Assembly (NCBI GenBank): GCA_025458245.1
Contig: JALOSW010000006.1
Span: forward strand, 2,115-66,114
Reading direction: 5' to 3'
DNA: 64,000 nucleotides
Source: Burkholderiales bacterium
GTDB lineage: Bacteria; Pseudomonadota; Gammaproteobacteria; Burkholderiales; SG8-39
Part shown: in pieces, positions 20,240-28,204 of the stretch
How the letters are laid out: the number at the start of each line of letters is the position of its first letter
How positions within the stretch are numbered: position 1 is the stretch's first letter
The notes under the pieces: generated by a model
Database searches by the model: none
Told to the model about the DNA's origin: nothing
Seen by the model: the letters and a program-made list of their open reading frames with translations, nothing else
Position numbers and translations under genes: made by a program

Positions 20240-21178
20240 TCAGAAGGCGACGTTGCCGCCGCCTTTGAGCTTCAGGATTTGCCGCGCCTCGTCGGGAGTC
20301 GCCACTTCCAGGCCAAGCTCCTCGAGAATCCGGCGGATCTTCGCGACCTGTTCGGCATTCGACTTGGCGAGGCTGCCCTTGCCGAGCCACAGGCTGTCCT
20401 CCAGCCCGACGCGCACGTTGCCGCCCATCACCGCCGACATCGTCGCGACGTACATCTGGTTGCGCCCCGCCCCGAGCACGGACCAGCGGTAGTCGTCGCC
20501 GAACAGCCGATCGGCGGTGCGCCGCATGTGCAGCACGTCTTCCGGATGCGGGCCGATGCCGCCCCGGATGCCGAACACCGACTGGATGAAAAGCGGCGGC
20601 TTCACCAGCCCGCGATCGAGGAAGTGTGCCGCCGTGTAGAGGTGCCCGATGTCGTAGCACTCGATCTCGAAACGGGTGTCGTTGCCGCTGCAGGACTGCA
20701 GGATGTAGGCGATGTCGCGGAACGTGTTCTTGAAGATGCGCTCGTCCGAGCCGGCCAGGTAAGGCTCTTCCCACCCGTGCTGCCAGCGGCCCTGGTAGCG
20801 CGGGATCATCTCGTAGAGACCGAAGTTCATCGAGCCCATGTTGAGCGAAGCGACCTCGGGTTCGAGCTGCAGGGCGGGCTGCAGGCGCTCCTCGACGGTC
20901 ATCGTGGGCGCACCGCCGGTGGTGAGATTGATCACCACGTTCGAAGCCGCCTTGATCTTCGGCAGGAATTCGCGGAAGACGTTCGGGTCCTGGGTCGGGC
21001 GCCCGTCCTCGGGCATGCGCGCGTGCAGGTGAACGATCGCGGCGCCGGCCTCGGCGGCGCCAATCGCGCCCGCGGCGATCTCGTCGGGCGTGATCGGCAA
21101 ATAGGGCGACATCGTCGGCGTGTGGATCGCGCCGGTCACCGCGCAGGTGATGATGACCTTGTTCTGCTTCGCGGCCAT
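20240..21178 (-). CDS. Beta-keto acid cleavage enzyme (BKACE / 3-keto-5-aminohexanoate cleavage family, DUF849)
   Basis: Shows VIITCAVTGAIHTPT, AAIVHLHAR and NLTTGG. Confidence 0.85.
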   Translation of the reverse strand: MAAKQNKVIITCAVTGAIHTPTMSPYLPITPDEIAAGAIGAAEAGAAIVHLHARMPEDGRPTQDPNVFREFLPKIKAASNVVINLTTGGAPTMTVEERLQPALQLEPEVASLNMGSMNFGLYEMIPRYQGRWQHGWEEPYLAGSDERIFKNTFRDIAYILQSCSGNDTRFEIECYDIGHLYTAAHFLDRGLVKPPLFIQSVFGIRGGIGPHPEDVLHMRRTADRLFGDDYRWSVLGAGRNQMYVATMSAVMGGNVRVGLEDSLWLGKGSLAKSNAEQVAKIRRILEELGLEVATPDEARQILKLKGGGNVAF

Positions 21179-21194
21179 GGATCGGTTGCTTCCC

Positions 21195-21971
21195 CTAGGA
21201 AAGATACTGGTGGTCGCCGCACACCGAGAGCGCCTGCCCGGTGATGTTCCTGCCCGCCTCGGTGGCGACGAAGAGCGCCATGTTGGCGATGTCCTGCGCG
21301 CTCACGAAGGTCCGCAGGGAGATCGACTCGAGGCTCTCGTCGCGCTCCTGCTCGAACGAAATGCCTTTCGCCTTGGCGCGCGCCTCGATCACGCGGTTGA
21401 TGCGCTCGCCCGCGACCATGCCGGGCTGGATGCAGTTCACGCGCACCTTGTCCGGGCCCGCCTCGATGGCGAGGCTCTTGGTGAAGCCCACGACAGCCCA
21501 CTTCGCGGCGGCGTAGGGCGTGCGGCGCGGAAAACCGAGCCGACCCGCAGCCGATGAGAGGTTCACGATCGAGCCGCCGCCCGCGGCCTTGATGAGCGGC
21601 ATCGCCTTGCGCGTCACGTAGAACATCCCGTTCAGATCGACGGCGATGCAGCGGTCCCATTCCTCGGGCGCGATGTCCTCGACCTTCGCCGTCGGGCCGG
21701 CGATCCCGGCGTTGTTGACGAGCACGTCGAGGCCGCCCAGATGCGTCGCCACATCGCCGAACAGCCGGTCGACGTCGGCGAGGTTCGCGACGTCGGCGAC
21801 GCTTTGGGTGACCTGCGGCGCGAGCGCCTTCATTTCCGCGAGGGCCTTGGTGTCGATGTCGCAGACGTGCACGCGCGCCCCGTGCGCGAGGAAGGTTTGC
21901 GCGATGACGCGCCCGATGCCCGCCGCGCCGGCGGTGACGAGCACTCGGAGCCCTTGTGCGGAAGTATTCAT
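21195..21971 (-). CDS. Short-chain dehydrogenase/reductase (SDR)
   Basis: Shows VTAGAAGIGRV, NNAG and YAAAKWAV (YxxxK). Confidence 0.9.
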   Translation of the reverse strand: MNTSAQGLRVLVTAGAAGIGRVIAQTFLAHGARVHVCDIDTKALAEMKALAPQVTQSVADVANLADVDRLFGDVATHLGGLDVLVNNAGIAGPTAKVEDIAPEEWDRCIAVDLNGMFYVTRKAMPLIKAAGGGSIVNLSSAAGRLGFPRRTPYAAAKWAVVGFTKSLAIEAGPDKVRVNCIQPGMVAGERINRVIEARAKAKGISFEQERDESLESISLRTFVSAQDIANMALFVATEAGRNITGQALSVCGDHQYLS

Positions 21972-22031
21972 GTCGGAAATCCGGTTTCGGAAGTCAGGGA
22001 TCGGGCCGGCGCCGCCCGCTGCGCGGCACCG

Positions 22032-23012
22032 CTACTTCTTCGTCTCCTCGATCCGGCCGATGCGCCGGACGGCGTCGCCGAGGCGCTGCGCATCGCGGTC
22101 CCAGAACCTCTGGAACTCGGGCGCGTCGAGATACGCGATCGGCGTCTCGATCTTATCCATGGCCGCCTTGAACTCGGGATCGGCGACCGCCGCGCGCGCG
22201 GCGTTGCGAAGGGTCGCGATTACCGGTTCCGGCGTGCCGGCGGGGACGAAAATGCCCGACCAGATGAAGAACTCCGCGTCGATGCCGAGTTCCTTGAACG
22301 TCGGGACGTCCGGCAGCGAGGCGAGTCGCTTGTCGCCCCACGAGGCCAGCGCGCGGAACTTGCCGGCCTTGATCTGGCCGACGACCGCCGAGGGTCCCGA
22401 GGCGAGTGCGTCGATCTGGCCTCCGAGCAGCGCCGTCACGGCCGGGCCCGCACCCTGGTAGGGCACATGCCACATCTGGATGCCGGCGCCCGACTCGAGC
22501 ATGGCCATCGCCATGTGCAGGGTTCCGTAGACTCCGGACGAGCCGTAGTTGATCTTGCCGGGGCGTTGTTTCGCGTCGTCGATGAATTCCTTCGCGGTTT
22601 TCCAGGGGCTTTCGGCGCGCACCACCAGCACCGTCGGATCTGCCGAGACGAGCGCGATCGGCACGAGTTGGTTCATTTCGTACGGGGGCTTGCGCCCGTA
22701 CAGTTTCTCGGCCTCGGGAATGATCGAGATCGAGGAGAGGGCCATCAGGGTGGTATAGCCGTCGGGCTTCGCGCCGGCGACATAGGCCATGCCGACGGCG
22801 CCGCCCGCGCCGGTCTTGTTCTCGATGATGACGCGCTGCTTCAGCGCCCGGTCGAGCGAGGGCTGGATGGCGCGCGCGGTCAGGTCGGCGACCCCGCCTG
22901 GCGGGAACGGCACGATCATCGCGACCGGACGGGACGGGTAAGGCTCCTGGGCGTGGGCGAACCCGGGTGCGAGCGTCACGAGAGCGATGGCGAGCGCAAC
23001 GATGCGCTTCAT
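22032..23012 (-). CDS. Bug/TctC-family tripartite tricarboxylate transporter substrate-binding protein
   Basis: MKRIVALAIALVTLAPGFAHA is a signal peptide. Also shows YPSRPVAMIVPFPPGGVADLTAR and ENKTGAGG. A strong SD (GAGGAGGAGA) precedes ATG 23012. Confidence 0.9.
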   Translation of the reverse strand: MKRIVALAIALVTLAPGFAHAQEPYPSRPVAMIVPFPPGGVADLTARAIQPSLDRALKQRVIIENKTGAGGAVGMAYVAGAKPDGYTTLMALSSISIIPEAEKLYGRKPPYEMNQLVPIALVSADPTVLVVRAESPWKTAKEFIDDAKQRPGKINYGSSGVYGTLHMAMAMLESGAGIQMWHVPYQGAGPAVTALLGGQIDALASGPSAVVGQIKAGKFRALASWGDKRLASLPDVPTFKELGIDAEFFIWSGIFVPAGTPEPVIATLRNAARAAVADPEFKAAMDKIETPIAYLDAPEFQRFWDRDAQRLGDAVRRIGRIEETKK

Positions 23013-23094
23013 GGTCTCCTCCTCTTTATCGTTGTGGCGCAATGATAGCCCGCCGCGCATCCCGCCGCGCCGCGGCGCCATGAGGCGCATCCGC

Positions 23095-23100
23095 TAGAAT
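23095..23100 (+). promoter_or_regulatory. Candidate -10 box (TAGAAT) upstream of tsaB
   Basis: Sequence ccgcTAGAATtcgcg lies in the TctC/tsaB divergent intergenic region, about 115 nt upstream of ATG 23216. Confidence 0.3.
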
Positions 23101-23215
23101 TCGCGTTCGGCGGCGAAGTGAAACGAACAGCGCCCACGTCGCATTCCCGGGTTTTCGGGAGCACGAGGGGGCGTCGCGGAAACGAGCCCGCTCGCCCGCC
23201 GCGCGAATCATCGAC

Positions 23216-23890
23216 ATGAATCTTCTTGCCTTCGACACATCCACGGATCGGCTCTCGATCGCCGTGCAGGCGGGCGGGCGGCTCCACGAGTCCACGGAGC
23301 TCGTTGGCCAGCGGCACGCCGAACTCGCGCTCGACGCCATCGACGCGCTTCTGGGTGTCGCCGGCCTCGATGCGAGCGAGCTCCACGGGGTCGCGTTCGG
23401 CGCAGGGCCGGGCTCCTTCACGGGGTTGCGGATCGCTACCGGTATCGCGCAAGGGCTGGCGCTCGGGCTCGGAACGCCGGTAGTCGGCGTGAGCACACTC
23501 GCCGCGCTCGCGGAACCGTCGGGGGCGCAGAGGGTGTTTGCGTGCCTCGATGCACGCATGGGCGAGGTCTACTGCGCGGCGTTCGAGCGGTGCCCCGACG
23601 GTTGGCAAGCCGTGATCGATCCCGAAGTGCGCTCGCCCGATTCCGTGTCCCTGCCGACTGGGCAGGGGTGGGTCGGCCGCGGCAACGGGTTCGCCGCGCA
23701 CGGCGAGCGGCTGGCGACGCGGCTCGGTGCCGCCCTTGGCCGCGTCGAGCCCGACGCGGTGCCGACGGCGGCGGCGGTGCTGCGGCTTGCCGCGCCGCGT
23801 TTCGCCGCCGGGGAGGGACGGGACGCCGCCTCGGCGCTGCCGGTCTATGTCCGCGACAAGGTCGCTCTCAAGACGAGCGAGCGGCGATGA
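23216..23890 (+). CDS. tsaB: tRNA t6A biosynthesis protein TsaB (YeaZ)
   Basis: Shows MNLLAFDTST and GAGPGSFTGLRIATGIAQG. Confidence 0.9.
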   Translation: MNLLAFDTSTDRLSIAVQAGGRLHESTELVGQRHAELALDAIDALLGVAGLDASELHGVAFGAGPGSFTGLRIATGIAQGLALGLGTPVVGVSTLAALAEPSGAQRVFACLDARMGEVYCAAFERCPDGWQAVIDPEVRSPDSVSLPTGQGWVGRGNGFAAHGERLATRLGAALGRVEPDAVPTAAAVLRLAAPRFAAGEGRDAASALPVYVRDKVALKTSERR

Positions 23891-24348
23891 GCGCCGTCCC
23901 CGCGCCGCGCGTCGCGATGTTGCCGCTCGCCGAAAGCGAGCTCGGCGCGCTGATGGCGATCGAGCGCGACCTCTACGCGTTTCCCTGGACGCTCGGCAAC
24001 TTCCGCGATTCCCTCAGGGCCGGCTACAGCTGCTGGGGGCTGTGGCGCGACGGCGAGCTGATCGGCTATGCGGTGATGATGCTCGGGCCCGACGAAGCGC
24101 ACCTGCTCAATCTGTCGGTGGCCGCGGCGTATCAGCGCCGCGGCCACGCGAGCGTGATGTTGCACTCGCTTTTCGCGACTGCGCGGGCGCACGGCGCGCG
24201 GCGCCTCTTTCTCGAAGTTCGGCCGACAAACGCGCCGGCCCGCGCGCTCTACAGGCGGTTCGGCTTCGAGCAGGTGGGCACGCGGCGCGGCTACTACCCG
24301 GACCAGCAGGGCCGCGAGGACGCCATGGTGCTGGCGATCGAGCTGTGA
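23887..24348 (+). CDS. rimI: Ribosomal-protein-alanine N-acetyltransferase (GNAT)
   Basis: Shows LLNLSVAAAYQRRGHAS and LEVRPTNAPARALYRRFGF. Its start overlaps the tsaB stop (ATGA). Confidence 0.85.
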   Translation: MSAVPAPRVAMLPLAESELGALMAIERDLYAFPWTLGNFRDSLRAGYSCWGLWRDGELIGYAVMMLGPDEAHLLNLSVAAAYQRRGHASVMLHSLFATARAHGARRLFLEVRPTNAPARALYRRFGFEQVGTRRGYYPDQQGREDAMVLAIEL

Positions 24349-24352
24349 GCGC

Positions 24353-25108
24353 ATGACCTCCCGGCGCGACCGGCTGTTCGAGGAGATGGGCCTTGGCCCG
24401 GTGTGGCATCTGCGCGCGCGCGCGGCCGCCGTGGCCGGCGAGGGCGCGGATCAGAATTCCGTCAAGACGGAGCCCGATCGCTCGGCATCCAATCGAGCCT
24501 TTGGAGGCGATGCACGCTCCGCGCATATCCTGCAGCTCGACTGGTCCGGCCTGAAGGAAACGGTTGCCGGCTGCGAGGCGTGTGGTCTTGCAAAGACCCG
24601 CACCCGCACCGTGTTCGGCGTCGGCGACGAGCGGGCGGAATGGCTGCTCGTGGGCGAGGCGCCCGGCGCCGAGGAAGACGCGCGCGGCGAGCCGTTCGTG
24701 GGCCAGGCGGGCCGTCTTCTCGACAACATGCTCGCCGCGATCGGTCTGCGGCGCGGCGACAACGTGTACATCGCCAACGTGCTCAAGTGCCGGCCTCCTG
24801 CAAACCGCAACCCCGAGCCGTTCGAGGTCGCGCAATGCTCGCCCCATCTGGAGCGCCAAATCGACCTCATCCGTCCGAAGCTCGTCGTGGCGATGGGGCG
24901 GTTCGCCGCGCAAACGCTGCTCGGCACCGACGCTTCGATCGCGAGCCTGCGCGGCCGGCGGCACGCGTACCGCGGCGTGCCTTTGATCGTCACCTATCAT
25001 CCGGCATACTTGCTTCGCAATCTGCCGGACAAGGCGAAGGCCTGGGAGGACCTCGTGTTCGCCCGCCGGACCATGACCGAGCTGGGCGGGCGGCTGTCGC
25101 CGCAATGA
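24353..25108 (+). CDS. Family 4 uracil-DNA glycosylase
   Basis: Shows CEACGL, GEAPGAEEDARGEPFVGQAG, ANVLKCRPPANRNP and YHPAYLLR. Confidence 0.85.
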   Translation: MTSRRDRLFEEMGLGPVWHLRARAAAVAGEGADQNSVKTEPDRSASNRAFGGDARSAHILQLDWSGLKETVAGCEACGLAKTRTRTVFGVGDERAEWLLVGEAPGAEEDARGEPFVGQAGRLLDNMLAAIGLRRGDNVYIANVLKCRPPANRNPEPFEVAQCSPHLERQIDLIRPKLVVAMGRFAAQTLLGTDASIASLRGRRHAYRGVPLIVTYHPAYLLRNLPDKAKAWEDLVFARRTMTELGGRLSPQ

Positions 25109-25137
25109 GAACAACACTGCACGAAAAGGAGAGTCCT

Positions 25138-25749
25138 ATGCGCAAGATCCTGGCAGGCATCCTCGCCCTCGCGGCGACCCTGCTTCTCGGCGGGTGCGGG
25201 TACAACGACATCCAGCGCGCCGACGAAGGCGTCAATGCGGCGTGGTCGGAGGTCGTGAACCAGTACCAGCGACGCGCCGATCTCATTCCCAACCTCGTCG
25301 AGACCGTGAAAGGCTTCGCGCAGCAGGAGAAGGACGTGCTGACGCAGGTCACCGAAGCGCGGGCGAAGGTCGGGCAGGTGAACATCAACCCGCAGACGCT
25401 CAACGACCCGGCCTCCCTGCAGCGGTTTCAGGAAGCGCAGTCGGGACTGTCGAGCGCGCTGTCGCGCCTGATGGTCGTCGTCGAGAAGTATCCCGAGCTG
25501 AAGTCCGACAAGAACTTCCTCGAACTCCAGGCGCAGCTCGAAGGCACGGAGAACCGCATCACGGTGGCACGCAATCGCTATATCAAGGCGGTGCAGGACT
25601 TCAACGTGCTGATTCGCGAGTTCCCCGTGAACCTCACCGCGATGGTGTTCGGCTATAAGCCTAAGGCGAACTTCACGGTAGAGAACGAGCGCGCGATCCA
25701 GACCGCGCCGAAGGTGGATTTCAACAAGCCCGCTGCGCCCAAGCAGTAG
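25138..25749 (+). CDS. LemA family protein
   Basis: Has a lipobox-like LLLGGCGYN, then YPELKSDKNFLELQAQLEGTENRITVARNRYIKAVQDFN. Confidence 0.9.
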   Translation: MRKILAGILALAATLLLGGCGYNDIQRADEGVNAAWSEVVNQYQRRADLIPNLVETVKGFAQQEKDVLTQVTEARAKVGQVNINPQTLNDPASLQRFQEAQSGLSSALSRLMVVVEKYPELKSDKNFLELQAQLEGTENRITVARNRYIKAVQDFNVLIREFPVNLTAMVFGYKPKANFTVENERAIQTAPKVDFNKPAAPKQ

Positions 25750-25886
25750 CGGCACGCAAGCGGCGTCGCGCCATCGGGCCGGGTCGGAACGTGCGGGCAC
25801 GGTCGGTTCGTGGTGAATCGGCCGCGCCCGTGTGGCGCGCCCGGCCGATGCCGGCGCACTCTCATCATGGGCGGCTGAACACCCCG

Positions 25887-26801
25887 ATGGCCACGGTTCT
25901 CGCGCACGTGATGGCGCTCTGGCTCGCGCTGGCGAGTGTCGTCGCGTTCGCGCAGGAGCTCGCGCCGATTCCACCGCTCGCGACGCGCGTGACCGACACG
26001 ACGGGGACGCTGACCGGCGAGCAGCGTGCGGCGCTCGAGGCCAACCTCGCCGCGTTCGAGGCGAGCAAGGGCAGCCAGATCGCTGTGGTGATGGTGCCCA
26101 CGACGCAGCCCGAGGACATCGCCCAGTACGGGATCCGCGTCGCCGAGGCATGGAAGATCGGCCGCAAGGGCGTCGACGACGGCGTCATCGTCATCGTCGC
26201 CAAGAACGATCGGAAAATGCGCATCGAGGTCGGCCGGGGTCTGGAAGGCGCCGTGCCCGATGCCTATGCCAAGCGCATCATTACCGACGTCATGGCGCCT
26301 CGATTCGGCCAGGGTGATTTCTACGGCGGGCTGCGAGGCGCGACGCAGGCGCTCGAGCAGCTGATCACCGGCGAGCAACTTCCGCCGCCGAAGCCTGCCC
26401 CCGGACGAGGCGCGCCGGGCGGGGAGAGCCTCGAAGGCCTGCTCGTGGTCGTGCTCGTCGGCGCGGTGGTGCTGGGCGCCGTGCTGACTTCCGTTTTCGG
26501 ACGCTTCCTCGGGTCGGCGTTCACCGGCGGCGCGGTCGGCGCGATCGCGTGGACCATCGCGGGCGTGCTGGCCGCGGCCGTTGGAGCGGGCGTCCTCGCG
26601 TTCATTTTCTCGCTCGTGCTCGCGAGTTCGCGCGGCGGGTACACCCCGGGACGGCGCGCTGGCCGCGGCGGACCGGTCGTCATCGGCGGGGGATGGGGCG
26701 GCGGTGGCCTCGGCGGCGGCGGAGGTTGGGGCGGCGGCGGAGGCTGGTCCGGTGGTGGCGGCGGAGGCTTCGGCGGCGGCGGCGCCTCCGGAAGCTGGTA
26801 A
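25887..26801 (+). CDS. TPM-domain (YgcG-like) membrane protein with a Gly-rich tail
   Basis: Has a signal peptide, then VTDTTGTLTGEQRAALEANL, IAVVMVPT and RIEVGRGLEG, followed by TM helices and a GGGWGGGG... tail. The choice of start among nearby Met codons is uncertain. Confidence 0.75.
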   Translation: MATVLAHVMALWLALASVVAFAQELAPIPPLATRVTDTTGTLTGEQRAALEANLAAFEASKGSQIAVVMVPTTQPEDIAQYGIRVAEAWKIGRKGVDDGVIVIVAKNDRKMRIEVGRGLEGAVPDAYAKRIITDVMAPRFGQGDFYGGLRGATQALEQLITGEQLPPPKPAPGRGAPGGESLEGLLVVVLVGAVVLGAVLTSVFGRFLGSAFTGGAVGAIAWTIAGVLAAAVGAGVLAFIFSLVLASSRGGYTPGRRAGRGGPVVIGGGWGGGGLGGGGGWGGGGGWSGGGGGGFGGGGASGSW

Positions 26802-26816
26802 AGAAAGGCGCGCTCG

Positions 26817-27323
26817 ATGCCCAACCTCGACCGGCTGTTCCGCCACCTCGTCTACGACGACTGGAACGCGCGCCGCGCGTTCCCGGCCCACGTGATGGCG
26901 GAGATCGAGCGGGAGATCGCCGCGAACGAGCGGCGCCATGACGGCGAGGTCCGGTTCGCCATCGAGGCCTCGCTGCCGTTTCGCGATCTGTGGGTGGACG
27001 AAAGCGCGCGCGAGCGGGCGATCGAGCTGTTCGCCCGGCTGCACGTGTGGGACACCGAGCGCAACACCGGGGTGCTCATCTATCTGCTGTTGGCGGATCG
27101 CCGCGTCGAGATCGTCGCCGACCGCGGCATTCACCGGAAGGTCGGCAAGCAGGCCTGGGAGTCGATCTGCGCCGGGATGCAGCGCGAGTTTCAGGCGGGG
27201 CGATTCGAGGAGGGCGCGATTCTCGGCGTGCGCGCCGTGAGCGATCTCGTCGCAGCGCACTTTCCGCCGCGTGCGGAGAATCCCAACGAGTTGCCGAACA
27301 CGCCGCTTATCATCCGCCGGTGA
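26817..27323 (+). CDS. TPM-domain protein, second member of the LemA-TPM-TPM cluster
   Basis: Shows GEVRFAIEASLP, NTGVLIYLLLADRRVEIVADRGI and QAGRFEEG. Confidence 0.75.
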   Translation: MPNLDRLFRHLVYDDWNARRAFPAHVMAEIEREIAANERRHDGEVRFAIEASLPFRDLWVDESARERAIELFARLHVWDTERNTGVLIYLLLADRRVEIVADRGIHRKVGKQAWESICAGMQREFQAGRFEEGAILGVRAVSDLVAAHFPPRAENPNELPNTPLIIRR

Positions 27324-27365
27324 TGGCGGGCGCGAGCGCGGTGCGGCGGCGGCGGCGGTGCCGGC

Positions 27366-27689
27366 TCACCCGATCCAGGCGTGGTCCAGCACGTCGAGCC
27401 GCAGATCCTGGCGGAACGTTTCGCCGCCGCGCGACACTTCGAGCAGGACGATGCGCGTTCCCGGCGTCGGGTAGCGCACCTCGTGCGTGAACGTGCCCGG
27501 CGCTTCCACGGAAGCCGCGGCGATCGTCTTGCCTTCCGCGTCCGCGAGCGTCACCTTTGCTGCGCCGCTTCCGCCGATCACGGCCTGGATGCGGAACGCC
27601 TCGTTCGCGGTGCGGCGATAGACCTGAGGGTCGCGGTTCGCGTTGTATTGAAGGTTGTTGAGTCGGACCTGCTTCACGAGCTGCTTCAC
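27366..27689 (-). CDS. Hypothetical 107-aa protein, predicted beta-rich, with no signal peptide
   Basis: The ORF track starts at 27779. GTG 27689 is preceded by AGGAGGG at 7 nt. Third codon positions are GC-rich. I recognise no family. Confidence 0.45.
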   Translation of the reverse strand: MKQLVKQVRLNNLQYNANRDPQVYRRTANEAFRIQAVIGGSGAAKVTLADAEGKTIAAASVEAPGTFTHEVRYPTPGTRIVLLEVSRGGETFRQDLRLDVLDHAWIG

Positions 27690-27754
27690 GAGCGCGCCCT
27701 CCTGACATCGGCCGAAGGAAGTACCGGTGGCGTCGGCGTGCCGGCCCGTCGCCC

Positions 27755-27778
27755 TGCTAGAATGCGTAAACATTAGCA
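27755..27778. promoter_or_regulatory. Overlapping divergent promoters sharing an inverted repeat, TGCTA(G)AATG-N6-CATTAGCA
   Basis: The plus strand carries an extended -10, TGcTAGAAT (27755-27763). The minus strand carries TTGCCC-N17-TAATGT, with its -10 at 27775-27770. The arms of the repeat cover both -10 boxes. Confidence 0.35.
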
Positions 27779-27799
27779 AAGACTAATATTTAGGGCAAC

Positions 27800-28204
27800 A
27801 TGAATTCCCTCGCGGAGCGATTGGACGCGATCGATCGGCGGTTGCTCGACCTCGAGTCGGGCTTGGCGGCGAGCCGGCCCGAGGACCTGGCCGCGTTCCT
27901 CGCGCCGGCCGTCGACGCGGTGCGCGAATCGATGCGGGCGTACCTCGAATCCGAAGGCAAAAAGCCGGTTCCGTCGACCGACGCGGACGTTCTCGACGTG
28001 TGGAAGGCGCTCGTCAAGGGCGACCCGGCCTGGAACGCGATTCGCGACAATACCCGCGAACTCGTCTATTACGCGAACTGTCTTGCGGCCGGCCGGGCGG
28101 ACGCGCTGCCCGCCGCGCCTCAGAAAATGGCAGTCCGCACGGCGCGCCACGTTTACCTCTACGTCCGCACCCGGGCGCTCAAGGAGGGACGGGTGAGCGA
28201 TTGA
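27800..28204 (+). CDS. Hypothetical 134-aa protein, first gene of the HDAC operon
   Basis: MNSLAERLDAIDRRLLDLESGL looks like a helical or coiled-coil N-terminus. Codon bias is coding-like. Its stop overlaps the TTG start of the next gene (TTGA). Confidence 0.5.
   Translation: MNSLAERLDAIDRRLLDLESGLAASRPEDLAAFLAPAVDAVRESMRAYLESEGKKPVPSTDADVLDVWKALVKGDPAWNAIRDNTRELVYYANCLAAGRADALPAAPQKMAVRTARHVYLYVRTRALKEGRVSD

Noticed and set aside
23085-23096. A 12-nt identity (GCGCATCCGCTA) shared between the tsaB upstream region and the YejA-like upstream region (49944-49955).
   Set aside because: In about 128 kb of two-strand sequence, hundreds of chance 12-mer matches are expected. There is no extended similarity beyond the 12 nt.
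25791-25886. An upstream ORF-track start for the TPM/YgcG-like gene (MRARSVRGESAAPVWRARP...).
   Set aside because: The extension is Arg-rich and precedes an obvious signal peptide. I preferred ATG 25887, but the exact start remains uncertain.
26640-26800. A GGC-rich quasi-repeat (GGCGGCGGNGG...) that could be taken for a tandem repeat or microsatellite.
   Set aside because: It encodes the Gly/Trp-rich C-terminal tail (GGGWGGGGLGGGGGW...) typical of YgcG/TPM-family proteins. It is in frame with the gene and has no regular spacer or repeat architecture.
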